NCBI GenBank assembly: GCA_002490665.1
Contig: DKUL01000059.1
Coordinates: 53,704 to 117,703 of the forward strand
DNA length: 64,000 nucleotides
Reading direction: 5' to 3'
From: Lachnospiraceae bacterium UBA7205
Lineage (GTDB): Bacteria; Bacillota; Clostridia; Lachnospirales; Lachnospiraceae
The translations under genes and the position numbers were made by a program. Below, one piece after another: positions 58,574-64,000 of this stretch (position 1 is the stretch's first letter; each line of letters begins with the position of its first letter). Under the pieces are notes generated by a model. It had not been told where the DNA came from. It made no database searches and saw only the letters and a program-made list of their open reading frames with translations.

Positions 58574-58655
58574 AAGTACAGAGGTGTTCCGCGCCATGGG
58601 AGCTATTGCTTTGAAGCGGGCACAGGGCTTGAGTTGGAGAATGGAGAGATGGATT

Positions 58656-59633
58656 ATGTGCACAGCGGCAGCTTACAAGACAGAAGATTTTTATTTTGGA
58701 CGCACACTCGATTATGAATTTTCCTATGGGGATGAGGTGACGGTCACACCCCGAAACTATCCGCTTCATTTCAGGGAAAAAGAGGACATCGGGCAACATT
58801 ACGCGATGATCGGCATGGCGTATGTGGCGGAGGATTACCCGCTGTATTATGATGCGGTAAATGAAAAAGGACTGGCGATGGCGGGTCTTAACTTTGTGGG
58901 AAATGCAGTGTATGGGGCGTATATGCCGGATAGGGACAATGTCGCACAGTTTGAACTGATACCGTGGATACTCACCCAGTGCGCTACCGTGAAGGAGGCG
59001 CGTGCATTGCTTGGGAAAATTAATATAAGGGATACAAGGTTTGCGGCGGATCTTCCCGTGGCACAGCTGCACTGGATGATTGCCGACAGGGAGGAAACGA
59101 TTACGCTGGAGGCGGTGGCGGATGGCGTGAAGATTTATGACAATCCGGTGGGCGTGCTGACAAACAACCCGCCGTTTGACGAGCAGCTGTTTGCATTAAA
59201 CAACTATATGCATCTGTCCGCGAAGCCGCCAGTGGATACATTTGCCCCGGGGCTGAAGCTTCGGCAGTACAGCCGCGGAATGGGGGCGCTCGGGCTTCCG
59301 GGCGATTTGTCGTCCCAGTCGCGTTTTGTGCGGGCTGCCTTTACAAAAATGAACGCTGTCTGTGGCGGGGGCGAGATGGAGAGCGTCAGCCAGTTTTTCC
59401 ATATTCTGGGCGCCGTGGATCAGCAGCGGGGATGCTGTGTGCTGGACGACGGCAAGTACGAGATTACGCTTTATACGTCGTGCTGTAACACGGACAGAGG
59501 AATTTATTACTATACAACGTATGATAACCATCAGATTACTGCGGTTGACATGCACAGGGAAAATTTGGACGGTGAAAAGCTGGTGCGCTACCCGGCAATC
59601 AAGGAAGAACAAATTTTTGTGCAGAATGCGTGA
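58656..59633 (+). CDS. bsh: Choloylglycine hydrolase (bile salt hydrolase, Ntn hydrolase)
   Basis: N-terminal MCT (Cys nucleophile), FYFGRTLDYE, DAVNEKGL, LTNNP, LGLPGDLSSQSRF; start at 58656 places Cys at residue 2. Confidence 0.9.
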   Translation: MCTAAAYKTEDFYFGRTLDYEFSYGDEVTVTPRNYPLHFREKEDIGQHYAMIGMAYVAEDYPLYYDAVNEKGLAMAGLNFVGNAVYGAYMPDRDNVAQFELIPWILTQCATVKEARALLGKINIRDTRFAADLPVAQLHWMIADREETITLEAVADGVKIYDNPVGVLTNNPPFDEQLFALNNYMHLSAKPPVDTFAPGLKLRQYSRGMGALGLPGDLSSQSRFVRAAFTKMNAVCGGGEMESVSQFFHILGAVDQQRGCCVLDDGKYEITLYTSCCNTDRGIYYYTTYDNHQITAVDMHRENLDGEKLVRYPAIKEEQIFVQNA

Positions 59634-59683
59634 TAATAAGCGTGTGAAAAACGTAATAAATGGAGATAGGATGAGGCGCTGAT

Positions 59684-60112
59684 ATGGAAAGAGAAAGAGA
59701 GCTGTCAAAAAATGTGTCAGACCTCCTTGCTGGAATGAAGGTTTTGGTCGTCGAGGACAATGAACTGAACCTCGAAATCGTCACGGAGGTTTTAAGGGAG
59801 CGTGGTCTGCTGGTCACCACGGCGGGGAATGGGCAGGCTGCGGTCGGGCTGTTCCGGGACAGTGCGCAGGGGACGTTTGACGTGATTCTGATGGATGTGC
59901 ATATGCCCGTCATGGGCGGTCTGGAAGCGACGAGAATCATCCGGGCGATGGAGCGCGCAGACGCACGCACGATACCGATTCTGGCGCTGACCGCAAATGA
60001 CTTTGAGGAGGACATACGCCAGACAAGGGAGGCGGGCATGAATGACCATCTGACCAAGCCCTTTGACATGGAGAAAATATTCGGCGCGCTCGCAGCCTAT
60101 GCGGGGAAATGA
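59684..60112 (+). CDS. Stand-alone receiver-domain protein
   Basis: VLVVEDNELN...ILMDVHMP...DHLTKP; no output domain. Confidence 0.85.
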   Translation: MERERELSKNVSDLLAGMKVLVVEDNELNLEIVTEVLRERGLLVTTAGNGQAAVGLFRDSAQGTFDVILMDVHMPVMGGLEATRIIRAMERADARTIPILALTANDFEEDIRQTREAGMNDHLTKPFDMEKIFGALAAYAGK

Positions 60113-60188
60113 AAGTAACAAAAAATGTATTCTGTGATGAGTGTTATCTCATGGCGGAATACATTTTTTTATAAGTGAAATTTACTTG

Positions 60189-60249
60189 TTGACAAAACAA
60201 TTTCGAAGTGATATTATAATGATATCAAAAGCAATCAAAACCAATCAAC
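60189..60249 (+). promoter_or_regulatory. Promoter and operator of the SPFH operon
   Basis: TTGACA-N17-TATTAT; TGATAT-N7-ATATCA IR over the -10; three ATCAA(A/C)A repeats at a 10-bp period. Confidence 0.55.
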
Positions 60250-60272
60250 ATACACATAGAGGAGGAAACACT

Positions 60273-61277
60273 ATGGAAGAGAAAGTATTATCAAGGAAAA
60301 AGAACGGAATGGCTGCATTGTGTGGCATACTGGTATTGTATGCCGTCTCGCTGGCGGTGATTGTTTTCGGCGCGCGGAATGCCTATGTCTCAATCGTGGT
60401 GGCAGGCAGTCTCATTGTTGTCGTGGCAACGGTACTCCTGGCAGGACTGAAGGTCTTAAAGCCCCAGGAAGCGCTGGTGCTCACGCTGTTTGGCAAGTAT
60501 GTGGGCACATTGAAGGAGGAGGGCTTCTATTTTGTGAATCCGTTCTGTACCAGCGTCAATCCGGCGGCGCGCACAAAGCTGAACCAGAGCGGCGATGTGA
60601 ATGATTCCGCCGCGCTGCTGGCAATCGCAAACAAGACGGCAGGCACGGGTGTGGAAGCCGCAAGCAACAAGATTTCACTGAAAATCATGACGCTGAACAA
60701 CAACAAACAGAAGATTAACGACTGTCTTGGCAACCCGATTGAGATAGGGATTGCCGTCACATGGAAGGTCGTGGACACGGCAAAGGCAGTGTTCAACGTG
60801 GACAATTACAAGGAGTTCCTGTCATTGCAGTGCGACAGTGCGCTGCGTGACATCGTGCGTATCTATCCCTATGACGTGGCGCCGAATGTCGACACGACCG
60901 GGGACGGGGTGTCGGATGAGGGAAGCCTGCGCGGTTCCAGCGAAATTGTGGCAGGCAGAATCCGCGACGAGATACAAAAGAGGGTTGAGGAGGCAGGAAT
61001 CAAGGTTGTCGAGGCGCGCATTACATATCTTGCCTATGCGCCGGAAATTGCGGCAGTAATGCTTCAGCGGCAGCAGGCATCGGCGATTATTGACGCCCGG
61101 AAAATGATTGTGGACGGCGCGGTCGGCATGGTTGAGATGGCATTGGAGCGCCTGAACGAAAACCACACGGTTGAGCTGGACGAGGAGCGCAAGGCGGCAA
61201 TGGTGTCGAACCTGTTAGTCGTACTCTGTGGCAACCGCGACGCACAGCCGATTGTAAATTCAGGCAGCTTATATTAA
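60273..61277 (+). CDS. SPFH (band 7/stomatin-like) domain membrane protein
   Basis: Two TMs, LFGKYVGT...GFYFVNP, KVNDCLGNPIEI-like segment, LAYAPEIAAVMLQRQQA. Confidence 0.88.
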   Translation: MEEKVLSRKKNGMAALCGILVLYAVSLAVIVFGARNAYVSIVVAGSLIVVVATVLLAGLKVLKPQEALVLTLFGKYVGTLKEEGFYFVNPFCTSVNPAARTKLNQSGDVNDSAALLAIANKTAGTGVEAASNKISLKIMTLNNNKQKINDCLGNPIEIGIAVTWKVVDTAKAVFNVDNYKEFLSLQCDSALRDIVRIYPYDVAPNVDTTGDGVSDEGSLRGSSEIVAGRIRDEIQKRVEEAGIKVVEARITYLAYAPEIAAVMLQRQQASAIIDARKMIVDGAVGMVEMALERLNENHTVELDEERKAAMVSNLLVVLCGNRDAQPIVNSGSLY

Positions 61278-61353
61278 AGACCTGTAGGAAACAGTGCCAG
61301 GTGCAGAAAAGCACAGGGGCTGTGCTCCGAAATGGCAAAAAAGGAATGATGTT

Positions 61354-61554
61354 ATGGGTGATTCTGGAAAAAAACAAGTCCCGCTCAGGCTGTCGTCAAA
61401 GCTGTATGAGGCGATTGCCGCGTGGGCGGAGGATGATTTCCGCTCTGTCAATGGGCAGATAGAGTATCTGCTGACAGAGTGTGTCCGGCAGCGGAAGAAA
61501 AATGGGAAGTATGTTTCCGATGAAATCGACAGACCGCTGGAAATTGAGATTTGA
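61354..61554 (+). CDS. Arc/ribbon-helix-helix DNA-binding protein
   Basis: [35 protein letters not shown]. Confidence 0.85.
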   Translation: MGDSGKKQVPLRLSSKLYEAIAAWAEDDFRSVNGQIEYLLTECVRQRKKNGKYVSDEIDRPLEIEI

Positions 61555-61628
61555 GAAGGGGAATAAAAAGAGTGCATGAAGAAAACGTGTTGGCATCGCA
61601 GGCGTGCAATAAAAAAGAAAGGAGCGTG

Positions 61629-61862
61629 ATGCGGGTGAAACATTGGAAGAAAATGGCTGCGCCAATTGTGATTGCTTCTATTATAATTGTTTACTATATT
61701 GGAATGGCAGCAGTTTTTATGGCAGTACCCGGCATCCCGACAGCTATCAAGATACTCATGATAGTGGTGCCATTGATTTTGGCGGCAGTGATGCTCGGTG
61801 TGCTGATAAGCAGAATAAAAGAGATTCAAGGAGGAGAAGAAGATGATCTTAGTCAATACTGA
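61629..61862 (+). CDS. Small two-TM membrane protein
   Basis: Two hydrophobic helices, ending RIKEIQGGEEDDLSQY; overlaps the next gene. Confidence 0.65.
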   Translation: MRVKHWKKMAAPIVIASIIIVYYIGMAAVFMAVPGIPTAIKILMIVVPLILAAVMLGVLISRIKEIQGGEEDDLSQY

Positions 61863-62154
61863 TTACATTAGCGGAAAAGAACTGGAAATGCTGGGAATGG
61901 TGAAAGGGAGTACCATTCAGTCGAAAAATGTCGGAAAGGACATCACACAGAGTTTTAAGACATTGGTGGGCGGCGAGCTGACAGCCTACACGGAGATGAT
62001 GAACGAGGCGCGTGCACTCGCGACAAAGCGCATGGTCGAGGAGGCTGAAAAGCTCGGCGCCGACGCGGTTGTCAATATCCGTTACGCGTCGGCGGCAGTC
62101 ATGCAGGGCGCCGCGGAGGTCATGGCATATGGCACTGCCGTAAAGTTCAGATAA
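61843..62154 (+). CDS. YbjQ (UPF0145) family protein
   Basis: LGMVKGS...VGGELTAYTEM...LGADAVVNIRY...AYGTAV. Confidence 0.9.
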   Translation: MILVNTDYISGKELEMLGMVKGSTIQSKNVGKDITQSFKTLVGGELTAYTEMMNEARALATKRMVEEAEKLGADAVVNIRYASAAVMQGAAEVMAYGTAVKFR

Positions 62155-62171
62155 AGCTTATGGGGAAATTT

Positions 62172-62187
62172 CTTACATTTTTGTAAC
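62172..62187. promoter_or_regulatory. BceR-like binding box
   Basis: CTTACA-TTTT-TGTAAC matches TNACA-N4-TGTAA; lies upstream of a TTTCCA-N17-TATAAT promoter. Confidence 0.6.
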
Positions 62188-62279
62188 ATTGGCGTTTTCC
62201 ATTTCCAGATTTCCTTTGGCAGGCTATAATATAAGGAAAGAACAGATATTAACAGATGAAATGAATGGAGAACGACGCA

Positions 62280-63020
62280 ATGGACACAGGGTTAAGGATT
62301 ATGATTATTGAGGACGATGCCGCGCTTGCGAGGGAGCTTGGCGGGTTCCTTGAAAAATGGCAGTATGAGACGGTCATGGCAGAGCGGTTTGATGATATTT
62401 TGCAGGAATTTATGGAAAAGAGACCACAGCTTGTCCTGATGGACATTAACCTTCCCTGCCATGACGGATTTTACTGGTGCAGCCGGCTCAGGCAGGTTTC
62501 AAAGGTGCCCGTCATCTACATCAGCAGCCGCAGTGATGACAGGGATAAAATCATGGCAATCGCGCAGGGCGGTGATGATTATGTGGAAAAACCGTTCCGT
62601 ATGGAGCTTTTGAAGGCAAAAATCGAGGCAATGCTGCGGCGGACTTACGAGTACAAGGTGCGTGAGCGCGTTTTCCTGAATGCAGGGCTGTGCTTTGACA
62701 GTGCAGTACAGAGTCTGTATCATACACGCAGCGCAGCCTCGGATAAAAGCAGCATGTCCGATATGACTGGTGAGAAGGCAGACACAGATGCGGAAGTAGA
62801 CCTCACAAAATCAGAGAGACGGCTGCTTGCGCGGCTGGTGGAGAACAGACCGGACGTCGTGACGCGCGACGAGCTGATGATGGCGCTGTGGAACACGGAT
62901 GAGTATGTCACGGATGCCGCGCTCACCACCATTATCAGCAGACTGCGCACCAAGCTCAAGTCCGTGTGTGGCGAGGAAGTCATTTTTACGAAAAAGGGAC
63001 AGGGCTATTTTGTGGAATAA
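62280..63020 (+). CDS. OmpR-family response regulator (BceR-like)
   Basis: IIEDD, LMDINLP..DGFYWC, GGDDYVEKPF, FTKKGQGY; alternative start at 62265. Confidence 0.9.
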   Translation: MDTGLRIMIIEDDAALARELGGFLEKWQYETVMAERFDDILQEFMEKRPQLVLMDINLPCHDGFYWCSRLRQVSKVPVIYISSRSDDRDKIMAIAQGGDDYVEKPFRMELLKAKIEAMLRRTYEYKVRERVFLNAGLCFDSAVQSLYHTRSAASDKSSMSDMTGEKADTDAEVDLTKSERRLLARLVENRPDVVTRDELMMALWNTDEYVTDAALTTIISRLRTKLKSVCGEEVIFTKKGQGYFVE

Positions 63021-63045
63021 GTGGAAAACGGAGGATGAATACAAA

Positions 63046-64000
63046 ATGACAGTCGTTCGGTGGCTGAAAAGAAAATGGAAGGATTATCTGGCTCGCAGCA
63101 GCATCATGCTCGGCTTCAACCTGTATTTTATTTTTTTAATGCGGACGGCGCAAATTGGTTATCTGCTGTATCTTGACGTGATTTTGCTGGTGCTTCAGGC
63201 AATTGCGGAAGGTAGGGCTTTTTTTGCGTTCAGGGAGAGGGAACGCCGCAAAGCCATCTTTTTGCAGGAAAAGGAACTTATTTATGAGGTGCTTGGCAGA
63301 CCGGAGGACAGCGCAGTCTTTGCGCATGACATGCAGATTATGGAACAGCGCATCCGGGAAAAGTTTGGGGAAAACTGCGAACTGCAGGACTATGTGGCAA
63401 AGTGGTGCCATGAGTTCAAGATACCGCTCGCGGCGGCATTTCTCATCGCGGAGAAAATAAAGGACGCGGATGCCCGGACTGATTTGCGGGAACAGCTCGA
63501 GCGGATGAACTGGCAGATGAGCATGATGATGCAGGGCTGCCGGCTGCAAAGCCCGCTGTTTGACCTCCAGGTCAGGCAGGTTCCGCTGGCAGCGTGTGTC
63601 AGGGCTTCGATTAAAAACAACCAGTTCTTCCTGATTCAGAAAAAATTCCGGATGGATCTGTCCGTTGAGGATGTGACAGTCTATACAGATGAAGTTTGGC
63701 TGACCTACATTTTAGACCAGATTATCAACAATGCCGTCAAGTATGCAAAGCCCGGCGCCAGTCACTGCATCCGGTTCTGGACAGAACAGGCCGCGGAAGA
63801 ATCATACCTGTGGCTTTATATAGAGGATAACGGGGAGGGCATACAGGAGTGCGACCTGCGCCGTATCTTCGAAAAGGGCTACACAGGCAGCAACTACCAC
63901 AACGGCAGATACAAGTCCACCGGAATGGGGCTGTACATGGCAGATAAAATCGCAAAAAGACTGGAACACAAGCTGACCGCCGAGAGCCGCTATGGGGAGT
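63046..64000 (+). CDS. BceS-like intramembrane-sensing histidine kinase (3'-partial)
   Basis: Two closely spaced TMs, WCHEFKIP, QIINNAVKY, IFEKGYTG, STGMGLY; runs off the window end. Confidence 0.88.
   Translation, partial: MTVVRWLKRKWKDYLARSSIMLGFNLYFIFLMRTAQIGYLLYLDVILLVLQAIAEGRAFFAFRERERRKAIFLQEKELIYEVLGRPEDSAVFAHDMQIMEQRIREKFGENCELQDYVAKWCHEFKIPLAAAFLIAEKIKDADARTDLREQLERMNWQMSMMMQGCRLQSPLFDLQVRQVPLAACVRASIKNNQFFLIQKKFRMDLSVEDVTVYTDEVWLTYILDQIINNAVKYAKPGASHCIRFWTEQAAEESYLWLYIEDNGEGIQECDLRRIFEKGYTGSNYHNGRYKSTGMGLYMADKIAKRLEHKLTAESRYGE

Noticed and set aside
1-64000. CRISPR arrays, tRNA/rRNA genes, integrases, transposases, reverse transcriptases
   Set aside because: None recognised on either strand by inspection; a tRNAscan/Infernal run would be needed to exclude small structured RNAs.

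Overview
A 64-kb chromosomal window from a Clostridia, probably Lachnospiraceae-like, gut anaerobe (inferred from gene content: chemoreceptors, bile salt hydrolase, Firmicutes-type TCS/ABC systems). From left to right: (1) an L-arabinose/beta-L-arabinofuranoside utilisation locus (AraC-type RR, two paralogous sugar-binding lipoproteins, permeases, GH127, araA, ribulokinase, split transketolase, MCP, HPr-like protein); (2) a VTC-domain/DUF4956/DUF4353 operon with a CiaRH-like TCS and a CiaR-like box; (3) an XRE regulator divergent from a cell-wall polysaccharide locus (wzm/wzt, GlfT2-like GT2, GT-C-like membrane proteins, two GtrB/ArnC-like GT2s, wecE-MaoC-GNAT, one internally deleted GT-C-like gene), with a symmetric nested inverted repeat on its promoter; (4) core genes (TCS, mutS2 with a MITE in its 5' leader, a degenerate HtrA-like protein, yhaM, rlmD); (5) an AT-rich islet at the rlmD 3' end (XRE-DUF5680, radical SAM, TfoX, an XRE-ABC ATPase fusion and a BceB-like permease lacking its ectodomain); (6) an alpha/beta-hydrolase + atypical KAS III + 6-TM chemoreceptor operon, the best candidate for an undescribed signalling system; (7) hybrid histidine kinase, GH3, rtcB with a uORF/attenuator leader, XRE, bsh, orphan receiver, SPFH-RHH operon and a BceRS-like TCS cut by the window end. 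No rRNA, tRNA, CRISPR array, integrase or transposase was seen. All assignments come from motif recognition by eye; no database searches were run.
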